A stretch of DNA of 64,000 nucleotides from a plasmid. A program made the position numbers and the translations under genes. How positions within the stretch are numbered: the first letter of the stretch is position 1; every line of letters starts with the position of its first letter. Under the pieces are notes generated by a model. The model had not been told where the DNA came from. It did not search any database and saw only the letters and a program-made list of their open reading frames with translations. The stretch is from the sequence record NZ_CP064874.1. One strand, written 5' to 3'. Below are positions 47,381-55,046 of the stretch, piece by piece.

Positions 47381-47399
47381 GTGAATGTGACGCTTACAC
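47381..47399 (-). promoter_or_regulatory. degenerate palindrome GTGAATGTGAC-gc-TTACAC, copy 10
   Basis: 2-bp insertion plus substitutions; flanking leader conserved. Confidence 0.5.
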
Positions 47400-47466
47400 T
47401 CTAAGTGAGGGGTCAGACATTGGGCCCGGCGGGTGAGCGCAGGACGATGGGGAGACGGCGGCGTGC

Positions 47467-47979
47467 ATGACTGAGACGTGGATCTACGAGCGCACGGCGG
47501 ACAACTCTGCGCGCTTCGTGCTGGGGACGGTGGGCGTAAACCCTCTCGTGTGCGTCGGTGTGAACCCCAGCACCGCGGCGCCGGGAGACCCGGATCGCAC
47601 CGTCAGCAAGGTCATGGGGTTCGCGGCCCGAAACGGGTTCGACAGCTGGGTGATGCTGAACCTCTACCCGCAGAGATCCATCGACCCCAAGGGCATGCAC
47701 CTGGTGCACGACCCCCAGCTGCAAGCCGATAACGAGCGACACATCGCCGATCTCATCGGCGGACGCCAGCTCACGATCGTCGCCGCGTGGGGCGAGCTGA
47801 TCCGATCCCGCCCTTACCTCCCGCAGATGCTTGAGGGCATCGCCTCGGTGACGGATGCCTCCGGCTGTGACTGGGTGTCGATCGGCGATCTGCTCAAGAG
47901 CGGGCACCCCCGGCATCCGTCACGCGCCCGCTACGCCTGGCCGTTGCAGAGCTTCGACGTGGCGAGCTATCTGGCCTAG
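47467..47979 (+). CDS. DUF1643-like protein (170 aa), plus-strand insertion
   Basis: FVLGTVGVNPLVCVGVNPSTAAPGDPDRTV...WVMLNLYPQRS pattern; convergent with the array genes. Confidence 0.5.
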   Translation: MTETWIYERTADNSARFVLGTVGVNPLVCVGVNPSTAAPGDPDRTVSKVMGFAARNGFDSWVMLNLYPQRSIDPKGMHLVHDPQLQADNERHIADLIGGRQLTIVAAWGELIRSRPYLPQMLEGIASVTDASGCDWVSIGDLLKSGHPRHPSRARYAWPLQSFDVASYLA

Positions 47980-48024
47980 ACGTGACGGTGCCCCGCCGAT
48001 TGATCCCGGCGGGGCACCGTGCGG

Positions 48025-48369
48025 CTATTCCTCGTCCTCCGACCATTCCAGGCGGGGGTCGAAGTGGAACCGCTCGCGGGCCTCGTTGTGGGCGAGGTCG
48101 TCGCTGCGGGCCACGTACTCGTCCTCGCTGAGCCGGGAGCCGTGGCCGTTCGCCCAGGGGAGCGGGTCGCGGTCACCGTCGCTCTCGGCCAGCCAGGTCT
48201 CGCGGATGATGTGGTCAGCGGTGCCGGTGTGCCCCAGCTCGTCGAACAGGTCGGCGAGGATGCGGCCCTCGGTCATGTTGATCGAGCTGAACACGTCGTC
48301 ATGCCACCTGCCGATCATGTCGGCCGCGGCCGCGACGACGGCGAGGTCGGGGATCGTTCCGCTGCTCAT
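48025..48369 (-). CDS. cassette gene 2 of a pair: hypothetical acidic protein (114 aa; start MSSGTIP)
   Basis: ATGA overlap with 48366..48650. Confidence 0.5.
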   Translation of the reverse strand: MSSGTIPDLAVVAAAADMIGRWHDDVFSSINMTEGRILADLFDELGHTGTADHIIRETWLAESDGDRDPLPWANGHGSRLSEDEYVARSDDLAHNEARERFHFDPRLEWSEDEE

Positions 48370-48650
48370 CGCTGCACCTTCCCCAGTCCCCAGTCGGCTC
48401 GTTCCTCGTCGGCCATCCACACGGCCCGGTCGAGCGCGTGGTGAAGGTCGACGCCGCGCGCGTCGGCCAAGTGCACGAGATCCGTGAGCACGTCCCGGAT
48501 CGCCTGGTCCGGCTCGCTCGGCTCGTCGTCGTACCAGGCCGCGATGAGCGTGTCCGTGCGGAACCGCGAGCGCTGCATGGTGTCGGTCTCGGTGTTCGCG
48601 TGCAGCTCGCGGCTCATCGTGAGCTCGAGCTGCGTGGTGGGGTTTGCCAT
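48366..48650 (-). CDS. cassette gene: hypothetical acidic protein (94 aa)
   Basis: ATG after GGAGGACACC, 24 bp from palindrome 48675-48691. Confidence 0.55.
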   Translation of the reverse strand: MANPTTQLELTMSRELHANTETDTMQRSRFRTDTLIAAWYDDEPSEPDQAIRDVLTDLVHLADARGVDLHHALDRAVWMADEERADWGLGKVQR

Positions 48651-48674
48651 GGTGTCCTCCAGGATCGTTGGCTA

Positions 48675-48691
48675 GTGAATGTGACATTTAC
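48675..48691 (-). promoter_or_regulatory. palindrome variant GTGAATGTGACATTTAC, copy 11
   Basis: Direct read. Confidence 0.65.
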
Positions 48692-48775
48692 AGCCTAGGG
48701 AGGGGGTCAGACATTGGCCGCGGCGAGCGCGACGGTGCCCCGCCGGATGATCCCGGCGGGGCACCGATTAGAGCG

Positions 48776-49354
48776 TCAGCGGCGGATGCCGCGCGCCCAG
48801 TAGAGCGCCCACGGCAGGTCGAACCGTGCCGCGATGCCGTCGTGGGCGATGTGCAGCGCGCTCGCCGCGTACCGGCGCGTGGGGAGCGGCTGGATGCGCT
48901 GCGGGTGCACGTCTCGCTCGGGAGCCTGGTGCGGGGTGCTGCCGGTGAGGATGCGGCGGGCCGTGCCCTGGTAGGCGCGGTCGGCGTAGCCGGTGATGAC
49001 CTGGAAGGCCACGAAGCCGGGCCCGCCCCACGGGGCGGCGTACTCCGTGTCGAACAGCCTCCACGTCTCGGTGATCGTCCGCGCGGCCGGATCGAAGCTG
49101 CGAGTGTGGATGACCGCCTCCGGGTCGTCCGGCCGCTCGGCCTCGATCGCGTCCAGCGCCGTGCCCAGCCGGTCGAGCACGCGGCGAGCGCGGGCGATCT
49201 CATCGCGGCTGCTGAGCGCGTCGTGGTCGCCGCGGTCGATCGAGTGCACCCACTCATCGCAGGCCCACGCGGTGAGCGGGAACGTCTCAAGGCATGCCCA
49301 GTCGCGGAACGCCTCGACGATCGGGTTGCGCCGGGTCGCGCTCGCCGCGGTCAC
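48776..49354 (-). CDS. cassette gene 2 of a pair: hypothetical protein (192 aa, GTG start overlapping upstream stop)
   Basis: GTGA overlap with 49351..49794. Confidence 0.5.
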   Translation of the reverse strand: MTAASATRRNPIVEAFRDWACLETFPLTAWACDEWVHSIDRGDHDALSSRDEIARARRVLDRLGTALDAIEAERPDDPEAVIHTRSFDPAARTITETWRLFDTEYAAPWGGPGFVAFQVITGYADRAYQGTARRILTGSTPHQAPERDVHPQRIQPLPTRRYAASALHIAHDGIAARFDLPWALYWARGIRR

Positions 49355-49794
49355 GGTGCCACCACCCGCAGGGAGCGCAGCCAGTCGACCTCTTGGGCGT
49401 CGAGAACATGCCCGGTCGTGATCCAGTCGGCGGCATCGTCGGTGCCGTCGAGATCGCGGAGCGTGTACACCTGGCGGGGGGCGTCGTCGTGTTCGGGGTT
49501 GCCGTCGTAGATCGTGCCGTCGTTGAGGAACACCCGGATGCGGCCGGTGCTCTCGGTGGTGTCGATCTGCGCGACGGCCGCGCCGTCGATGAGGGACACG
49601 TACCCGTGCACGTCGATGCCTGCGGCCTCGCCTGCGTGGTCGGCGACGGCCCGCTCGGCGGCGCCGGTCGCGAGCGCGCGGATCGCGTCGGCGTCCACGT
49701 CGCCCTGGCCGAGCGCTTGGGTGAGCCCGTCGATGTCCTCGTAGTTGAGCGCGATCGTCTCGGCGACGATCTCGCTGATCGGTTTGGTTGCCAT
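49351..49794 (-). CDS. cassette gene: highly acidic protein (147 aa)
   Basis: ATG after GGGAGGACACC, 24 bp from palindrome 49819-49835. Confidence 0.55.
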   Translation of the reverse strand: MATKPISEIVAETIALNYEDIDGLTQALGQGDVDADAIRALATGAAERAVADHAGEAAGIDVHGYVSLIDGAAVAQIDTTESTGRIRVFLNDGTIYDGNPEHDDAPRQVYTLRDLDGTDDAADWITTGHVLDAQEVDWLRSLRVVAP

Positions 49795-49818
49795 GGTGTC
49801 CTCCCGGATCGTTGGCTA

Positions 49819-49835
49819 GTGAATGTGACGTTCAC
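49819..49835 (-). promoter_or_regulatory. palindrome variant GTGAATGTGACGTTCAC, copy 12
   Basis: Direct read. Confidence 0.65.
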
Positions 49836-49907
49836 AGCCTAGGGAGGGGGTCGGACATCGGCGCGCGCTCGCCGCGAACGTGGGGCGCTCGCCGATGTCC
49901 GGGCGGG

Positions 49908-50453
49908 CTACATCTGCCCGACATCCCGCGCCATGCGCTCGCGGAACGCCGCGCACGCCGCGTCGATGACGGCGGCACGATAGGTGCTGCTCTCGCCCGC
50001 GGGGAGGGTCGCGAGCGCGTCTCGGAGGGCGGTGCGGGTGCTGTAGTGCAGAGCCTCGGATGCCTTGTGCGCCGAGCGGGTGCTGATGTCGTGGGTGATC
50101 CGCTCGATGATCTCCGGGACGGTGAGTGGGGGCAGCTCGAAGCGGTAGCCGGCGAGGTCGGCCAGGATGATCGCGCGCTGCCGATCGGTGAGCGGGGTGC
50201 CGTACCCGCTGCTGGGGTACAGCTCGAGGTCTCCGCTGCGGCCAGCCCGGATGTTCACGCGGACGTAGGGACGCTCGGCGCGGCCGATGCGCACGTTGCT
50301 GATGCGCTCGCCGCTGTCGGGGTCGATCGGGCAGAGGTCGGCGCGCGGCTCGCCGAGTGTGGGGCCGGGCTCGTGACTGCGGGCGTCGGAGACCTCCCAG
50401 GTCAGTCCGGCCGCGGTGAGTCGGTCGCCGAAGGTGAGGGGTGCGGTTGCCAT
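49908..50453 (-). CDS. cassette gene: hypothetical protein (181 aa)
   Basis: ATG after GGGAGGACACC, 24 bp from palindrome 50478-50494. Confidence 0.55.
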   Translation of the reverse strand: MATAPLTFGDRLTAAGLTWEVSDARSHEPGPTLGEPRADLCPIDPDSGERISNVRIGRAERPYVRVNIRAGRSGDLELYPSSGYGTPLTDRQRAIILADLAGYRFELPPLTVPEIIERITHDISTRSAHKASEALHYSTRTALRDALATLPAGESSTYRAAVIDAACAAFRERMARDVGQM

Positions 50454-50477
50454 GGTGTCCTCCCGGATCGTTGGCTA

Positions 50478-50494
50478 GTGAATGTGACGTTCAC
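50478..50494 (-). promoter_or_regulatory. palindrome variant GTGAATGTGACGTTCAC, copy 13
   Basis: Direct read. Confidence 0.65.
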
Positions 50495-50587
50495 AGCTTA
50501 CGGGTGGGGTCGGACACTGCGGCGAGCGCGGCAGCGCCCCGCCGGTCAGTTCCGGCGGGGCGCTGCGGGAGGGGTCGTGCTCGTCGC

Positions 50588-50776
50588 CTACTGGGGGGAG
50601 AGGGCGTTGGTGACCTGAGTCTTGATCTCTTCGGCGGCGAGGATCATCGCGCCGTCCTTGTGTGACTCGCCGTAGGCCGCGATCACGCCCGCGATCGCGC
50701 CCCATTCGGCTGCGGCCAGGCTCACGGGGATGGGCTTCGGCTGTGATCCTGCGGGCGATCCGCTCTCGCTGGTCAT
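50588..50776 (-). CDS. cassette gene: small hydrophobic/Ala-rich protein (62 aa)
   Basis: ATG after CAGGAGGACACC; palindrome 50800-50816. Confidence 0.5.
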   Translation of the reverse strand: MTSESGSPAGSQPKPIPVSLAAAEWGAIAGVIAAYGESHKDGAMILAAEEIKTQVTNALSPQ

Positions 50777-50799
50777 GGTGTCCTCCTGGGTGTCAGGTA

Positions 50800-50816
50800 G
50801 TGAATGTGATGTTCAC
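50800..50816 (-). promoter_or_regulatory. palindrome variant GTGAATGTGATGTTCAC, copy 14
   Basis: Direct read. Confidence 0.6.
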
Positions 50817-50895
50817 AGTCTAGGGCGGGGGTCGGACATTGCGGCGAGCGCGACAGCGCCCCGCCGGTAGATCCCGGCGGGGCGCTGTCGGTGGG

Positions 50896-51108
50896 TCAGT
50901 AGTCCTCGTCGGTGCGGGCGAGGGTGTCGATGATCCGCAGTCCGTTGTGGAGGGGGATGGTGACGGTGGACAGGAGCGTGTAGCCCTGTGCGCCGTAGGC
51001 GTTCAGGTCGTCGTCGCGCTGCTGGCGAGCGCGGTTGCTGGCGATCTCGCCCTCCGCCTCGGTGTACTGGCGGGTGTCGATGGTGATGAATCGAGTGCGG
51101 TTTGCCAT
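50896..51108 (-). CDS. cassette gene: small protein (70 aa)
   Basis: ATG after GGGAGGACACC; palindrome 51133-51149. Confidence 0.5.
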   Translation of the reverse strand: MANRTRFITIDTRQYTEAEGEIASNRARQQRDDDLNAYGAQGYTLLSTVTIPLHNGLRIIDTLARTDEDY

Positions 51109-51132
51109 GGTGTCCTCCCGGATCGTTGGCTA

Positions 51133-51149
51133 GTGAATGTGACATTCAC
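51133..51149 (-). promoter_or_regulatory. palindrome GTGAATGTGACATTCAC, copy 15
   Basis: Direct read. Confidence 0.7.
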
Positions 51150-51184
51150 AGCCTACGGGTGGCCTCCGACATTGGAGCTGCCCA

Positions 51185-51219
51185 CGGGTATAGGCCTCGG
51201 TTTCGGGGGTTCGCAGACA
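51185..51219 (-). promoter_or_regulatory. repeat family 2 copy
   Basis: cgggtataggcctcggtttcgggggttcgcagacat. Confidence 0.45.
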
Positions 51220-51272
51220 TCGCAGGGCGGTGCCCCGCGACCGTCGCCGCGAGGCACCACACGAGGGGCTGG

Positions 51273-51545
51273 CTATGCGCCGGGGCACTCGGTGTCGATG
51301 TCGTCCTGGTCGAGCGGCAACAGTCCGCACGCCTGGCAGGTCGTCGTCCCGGTGAAGCGGCCGCTCTGCCACTGGTGGGCGAGCGGCTCGGCGGGTGCGT
51401 CCTCGTCGTCGGTGTCCATGGTCGCGGTCGCGCCGCAGTCCAGGCACCGGGCGGCGACGTCGCCGTTGAGGGTGACGACGACGCCGGGGACGCCGGAGAG
51501 CCATTCGATGTTGGCGTGGTCGCAGTCGGTAGTGGTGGTGGCCAT
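51273..51545 (-). CDS. cassette gene: zinc-ribbon acidic protein (90 aa; CxxC...CxxC)
   Basis: ATG after GGGAGGACATC; palindrome 51570-51586. Confidence 0.5.
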   Translation of the reverse strand: MATTTTDCDHANIEWLSGVPGVVVTLNGDVAARCLDCGATATMDTDDEDAPAEPLAHQWQSGRFTGTTTCQACGLLPLDQDDIDTECPGA

Positions 51546-51569
51546 GATGTCCTCCCGGAACGCTGGCTA

Positions 51570-51586
51570 GTGAATGTGACATTCAC
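51570..51586 (-). promoter_or_regulatory. palindrome GTGAATGTGACATTCAC, copy 16
   Basis: Direct read. Confidence 0.7.
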
Positions 51587-51667
51587 AGTCTAGAGAGGGG
51601 ATCGGACATCGGCGGCGAGCGCACGCGACGGTGCCCTGCCGGTCGTCCGGCGGGGCACCGCGTGGGG

Positions 51668-52066
51668 TCAGGCCGCGTCGAGCGGCGTCCAGTCCCGTTC
51701 GTGGGCGGGGGTGTAGTCGATCAGCGCCGCGAGGCGGTCGCGTGCGGCCTGTAGCGCCTCGATCTCGGTGTCGTTGCTGTCGCCCTCGGCGGCGGCGAAA
51801 GTGTCCTCGATCAGACCGGCGATCTCCTTCTGTGCCGCCTCGTCGATGAGGGTGAGGCGGGCGATCTCGCCGTCCGGGTAGCGGGCATCCAGCGCCGCGG
51901 CGTCCTGGTAGTCGAAGGCCCACTGCTCGCCGAGGATCGCGAACGCCGCGGCGATGTCGCGGCCGCGGTCGCCGGTGCTGATCGCGACGTAGCCGCGGTT
52001 CAGGCCGGTGCCGACGTGCGGGTGCAGGTCGGCGTGGTCGGGGCCGAAGGTGATGTAGGTGGTCAT
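51668..52066 (-). CDS. cassette gene: acidic protein (132 aa)
   Basis: ATG after GGGAGGACACC; palindrome 52091-52107. Confidence 0.55.
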   Translation of the reverse strand: MTTYITFGPDHADLHPHVGTGLNRGYVAISTGDRGRDIAAAFAILGEQWAFDYQDAAALDARYPDGEIARLTLIDEAAQKEIAGLIEDTFAAAEGDSNDTEIEALQAARDRLAALIDYTPAHERDWTPLDAA

Positions 52067-52090
52067 GGTGTCCTCCCGGATCGGTTGGTA

Positions 52091-52107
52091 GTGAATGTGA
52101 CGTTCAC
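52091..52107 (-). promoter_or_regulatory. palindrome variant GTGAATGTGACGTTCAC, copy 17
   Basis: Direct read. Confidence 0.65.
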
Positions 52108-52211
52108 AGTCTAGGGCGGGGGTCGGACATCGCCGCGGGGTGTCGGTCGTGGGGTGCGTGGTGCGTGAGCGCCCCAGCCGAGGCGTAGGGCGCTCACGTC
52201 GTGGGGTGTGG

Positions 52212-52610
52212 CTACGCCTTCCAGGTGCCTTCCCAGCCCTCGGGGAGACGCACGCCGTGCTCGCCGTGCTCGTCGGTCTGGTGCAGGTACACGAGCACGT
52301 CGCCGGGGTCGGGGTCGGCCTCGTACTGCGGCACGGTGCGCTCGATGGTGTTGATCTGGCCGACGCTGTTGTAGCGCACGTCCACGTCGATCGCGCGCAG
52401 GTAGCCGTCCTCGACGTTGACGTGCTGATCGCAGCGCGGGCACCACAGCACGACGCGCTCGCCGTAGTCGGTCGGCTCGTCGAGCTCGACGATGCGCAGC
52501 GCGGGGAAATCGGCTGCCTCGATCTCGTGCATGACGCTCCACAGCCGGTCGATCAGGTCGTCGGCAGGGATGCGGGGAGCGGCCGCGGCCGCGGGTTCGG
52601 TGGTGGTCAT
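52212..52610 (-). CDS. cassette gene: protein with CPRC motif (132 aa)
   Basis: ATG after CAGGAGGACACA. The upstream leader is a deletion remnant (52611-52650). Confidence 0.5.
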   Translation of the reverse strand: MTTTEPAAAAAPRIPADDLIDRLWSVMHEIEAADFPALRIVELDEPTDYGERVVLWCPRCDQHVNVEDGYLRAIDVDVRYNSVGQINTIERTVPQYEADPDPGDVLVYLHQTDEHGEHGVRLPEGWEGTWKA

Positions 52611-52650
52611 TGTGTCCTCCTGGGAACGGTGAAGGCCTGCGGCGAGCGCG
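52611..52650 (-). repeat. leader remnant: conserved leader with the palindrome-to-GGCCT segment deleted
   Basis: cctgggaacggtgaa|ggcctgcggcgagcgcggg aligns to ccttggaacgtaggcggtgaatgtgacattcacaggctacggggggcctccgacattgctgcggcgagcgcgg minus ~35 bp. Confidence 0.5.
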
Positions 52651-52768
52651 GGCGGGGATTAGAACTCGAGGTGCTCCCGCCGAGGGGAGGGGCGTGTAGC
52701 CGGCTCCCCTCGGGTGGGTGGTGCTCGCCGCCGCCGGGGTAGGTGTGCACCCGGCGGCGGCGAGGGGG

Positions 52769-53152
52769 TCAGACGGCTTCGACCAGCCCAGGGCTGACGC
52801 GCCAGCCGTTGGCGAGCGTGTACGACTTGGGGTTGGTGCGGACGATGAGCGTCTCGACTCCGGCCAGCCCGTCACGGGTGGTGCGCGGGTTGGCGACGAT
52901 GCGCACGCGGGTTCCGGGGATCAGGCTCGGCAGCGCGGCCGCGGTGGCTTGCAGGGCAGCGGCGAGCGCGTCGTCGCTGTGCCCGGTCGGCTCGACGGTG
53001 GCGGTGCGGGCGAGGGTGTACACCTTGCCGGGTTCGGTGAGGGCTGCGATCTTCGCCTTGGTGCGGGCGAAGTCGATCAGCACGTACTCGGTGCCGCGGA
53101 AGCGGAACGTGTCGCCGGGGGTGCGGGTGATGAGGGTGGTGGTGTCGGTCAT
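52769..53152 (-). CDS. cassette gene: hypothetical protein (127 aa; start MTDTTTL)
   Basis: ATG after AAGGAGGACGCC; palindrome 53177-53193. Confidence 0.55.
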   Translation of the reverse strand: MTDTTTLITRTPGDTFRFRGTEYVLIDFARTKAKIAALTEPGKVYTLARTATVEPTGHSDDALAAALQATAAALPSLIPGTRVRIVANPRTTRDGLAGVETLIVRTNPKSYTLANGWRVSPGLVEAV

Positions 53153-53176
53153 GGCGTCCTCCTTGGACTCTCGACG

Positions 53177-53193
53177 GTGAATGTGACATTCAC
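53177..53193 (-). promoter_or_regulatory. palindrome GTGAATGTGACATTCAC, copy 18
   Basis: Direct read. Confidence 0.7.
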
Positions 53194-53261
53194 AGGCTAC
53201 GGGTGGCCTCCGACATTGGGCGGGGCGGGCGGCGCGGTCTGCGCGCCCGCCCCGGCGTGGG

Positions 53262-53840
53262 TCACTGGGCGGCGATCGCCGCGGTGATCTCGGCGGTGAC
53301 CCGCTCGCGCTTGGCGTCGGCATCGCGCCCCGGCTCGAAGTGACCGAACGCGGTCAGGTACGCCTCGATCTGCCCGCGCAGGTACTCGGTGTTGCTGGCG
53401 TCGGCGTTGAGGCCGATGATCGCGTAGCGCGCTGCGCTCGCCGCGGCCCGCCAGCCGCTCTGCGTGAGGCCGTGGGGGTCGCCCTCGGGGAGCGAGTAGG
53501 GCTGCTCGATCTGGCCGTCGCGCGCGGTGTACTTGGTGACGGTGCGCTCGGTGACCACGACGGCATCCAGATAGTCGGGGTCGCCCTGCCCGCCGAGGGG
53601 CACCCACACCTGGGGGTCGTCGTCCGGGTGGTCGGCGTCGATGCGAGCGAGCAGGGCGGGCATTGCGGGGTCGAGGGTGAACGGGTCGCTGAGGCTGTAG
53701 TCGTCCCAGGCCTGGCGCAGCTCGTCCGGCTCGATGGTCGTCCATCCCTCGTCGAACTCGGCGCGCAGCGGAGCGTGGAAGCGGATCGCGCGCTCGACGG
53801 CTGCGCGGATGTCGTGGACGTTGTTGATGGTCTCGGTCAT
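53262..53840 (-). CDS. cassette gene: hypothetical acidic protein (192 aa)
   Basis: ATG after GGGAGGACTCC; palindrome 53865-53881. Confidence 0.55.
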   Translation of the reverse strand: MTETINNVHDIRAAVERAIRFHAPLRAEFDEGWTTIEPDELRQAWDDYSLSDPFTLDPAMPALLARIDADHPDDDPQVWVPLGGQGDPDYLDAVVVTERTVTKYTARDGQIEQPYSLPEGDPHGLTQSGWRAAASAARYAIIGLNADASNTEYLRGQIEAYLTAFGHFEPGRDADAKRERVTAEITAAIAAQ

Positions 53841-53864
53841 GGAGTCCTCCCGGAACGATTGCTA

Positions 53865-53881
53865 GTGAATGTGACATTCAT
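53865..53881 (-). promoter_or_regulatory. palindrome variant GTGAATGTGACATTCAT, copy 19
   Basis: Direct read. Confidence 0.65.
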
Positions 53882-53974
53882 AGGCTACGGGTGGCCTCCG
53901 ACATCGCGCGGGGACATCGCGAGTGCGTCACGGGCGAGTGCCCGCCGGGGTGACCGGCGGGCACTCGGTGACGC

Positions 53975-54985
53975 TCAGCGGGCGAACGCCCAATCCGGGA
54001 GCACGGCTGCCGAGCAGAGGGTCGCGACGATCTGGCTCATGCCGTGGTCGGGGTCGATCGCGAGGGCGCGGTCGGTGTAGACGGTGGCGTGAGTGGATCG
54101 GCCCAGCGCCCAGGACAGCCAGGCGGCGGCGGCGAGCAGGTTGGGGCGCTCCTGGTCGTCGGCGTAGGCGGCAAGGTGGCGCACGAGCGCGAGTCCCGCC
54201 GTCAGCCGGTCGGCGTCGGGGCGGTCGCCCTGTCCGTAGAGGGTGCGGGCGATGCTCTCGGGGACGGGTGCGCCCATGATCGAGTGGCCGATCTGCGCGG
54301 CCAGGGCACGGGTGCCGTTGCCGCGGTCGGTGGCCCACTGGATGAGGGCCACGTCACGCCACAGCGGGATGCCGATGCCGGTGAGCAGGATCGCAGCCTG
54401 GCGGGTGTCGAGGTCGGCGGGGTCACCGGTCAGGGCGTCCTCCGCGACGGCGACGAAGTCCGCGAGGGCATCGTCGTCCATCCGCGCGGCCGCGAACGCG
54501 ATCCGGGCGGCACGCGCCGGGTCGGCGTCGGGGATGCTCGCCCCGGCGGTCTGGGATGCTGCGACCTTCTCGCGCAGCGCGTCCGGGGTCGCGATCTCGG
54601 CGACGGGGCGCGGTGCCTCGCCGGTCAGGTGGCTGCCGTAGCCGTCGCTGGCGACGTAGAGCACGTCCACCAGGTGCAGTCCCTGCCGGTCGGCGACATC
54701 GGCGATCTGCTGGCCGAGATCGCGGGTGCTGTCGGCGTCCTCGGCGGCGTAGATCACGGCGGCTACCCCGGTCACGCGCGGCACTCGGCAGACCAGCCCG
54801 AGGCCGGTGTGCGCGAGCGTCGCGGCATCCGCGTCGAGGTCGAGTCGCATCGCCCCGATCGTGCGCGACGCCTCGAAGGGCACGAGCACGAGCGAGTCCT
54901 GCGGGGTGAAGCCGAGCAGCGCGGGCACGAGGCCGAGGAAGTCGCGCGGGGTGCCCGCCTTGATGGTGGTCGGTGTGGTGGCCAT
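53975..54985 (-). CDS. cassette gene: 336-aa protein, possibly DUF4192-like
   Basis: N-terminus GTPRDFLGLVPALLGFTPQDSLVLVPF...RTIGAMRLDL resembles the DUF4192 start (recall-based, low certainty). ATG after GGGAGGACACC; palindrome 55010-55026. Confidence 0.5.
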   Translation of the reverse strand: MATTPTTIKAGTPRDFLGLVPALLGFTPQDSLVLVPFEASRTIGAMRLDLDADAATLAHTGLGLVCRVPRVTGVAAVIYAAEDADSTRDLGQQIADVADRQGLHLVDVLYVASDGYGSHLTGEAPRPVAEIATPDALREKVAASQTAGASIPDADPARAARIAFAAARMDDDALADFVAVAEDALTGDPADLDTRQAAILLTGIGIPLWRDVALIQWATDRGNGTRALAAQIGHSIMGAPVPESIARTLYGQGDRPDADRLTAGLALVRHLAAYADDQERPNLLAAAAWLSWALGRSTHATVYTDRALAIDPDHGMSQIVATLCSAAVLPDWAFAR

Positions 54986-55009
54986 GGTGTCCTCCCGGAA
55001 CGTTGGCTA

Positions 55010-55026
55010 GTGAATGTGACATTTAC
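55010..55026 (-). promoter_or_regulatory. palindrome variant GTGAATGTGACATTTAC, copy 20 (outermost leader; array boundary ~55050)
   Basis: Leader homology stops after ..ccgacattgg at ~55051. Confidence 0.65.
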
Positions 55027-55046
55027 AGGCTACGGGAGGCCTCCGA

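Noticed and set aside
34714-54985. ORF-track N-terminal extensions beginning MSHSLA.../MSHSPP.../MNVTFT... on many cassette genes, and long overlapping ORFs such as 45952..46839, 46428..47183, 48025..48687 and 52769..53323
   Set aside because: These peptides are translations of the conserved leader/palindrome (ATGTCACATTCAC gives M-S-H-S; ATGAATGTCACATTC gives M-N-V-T-F) in whichever frame is open. Real starts are the ATGs directly after GGAGG.
35036-55026. Regularly recurring 17-bp palindromes could be read as a CRISPR array
   Set aside because: Spacing is 300-2000 bp and irregular. Each repeat has extended conserved flanks and is followed by RBS+ATG of a protein gene. No cas genes or leader-AT-rich region are present.
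35036-55026. Integron-like gene-cassette array (attC sites)
   Set aside because: No intI/attI. The repeats lie 5' of ORFs and include the RBS. They are perfect palindromes, not the imperfect R''-L''/L'-R' attC architecture, and the units are better explained as promoter-operator-terminator modules. Recombination at the conserved units remains possible but would be homologous rather than integron-mediated.
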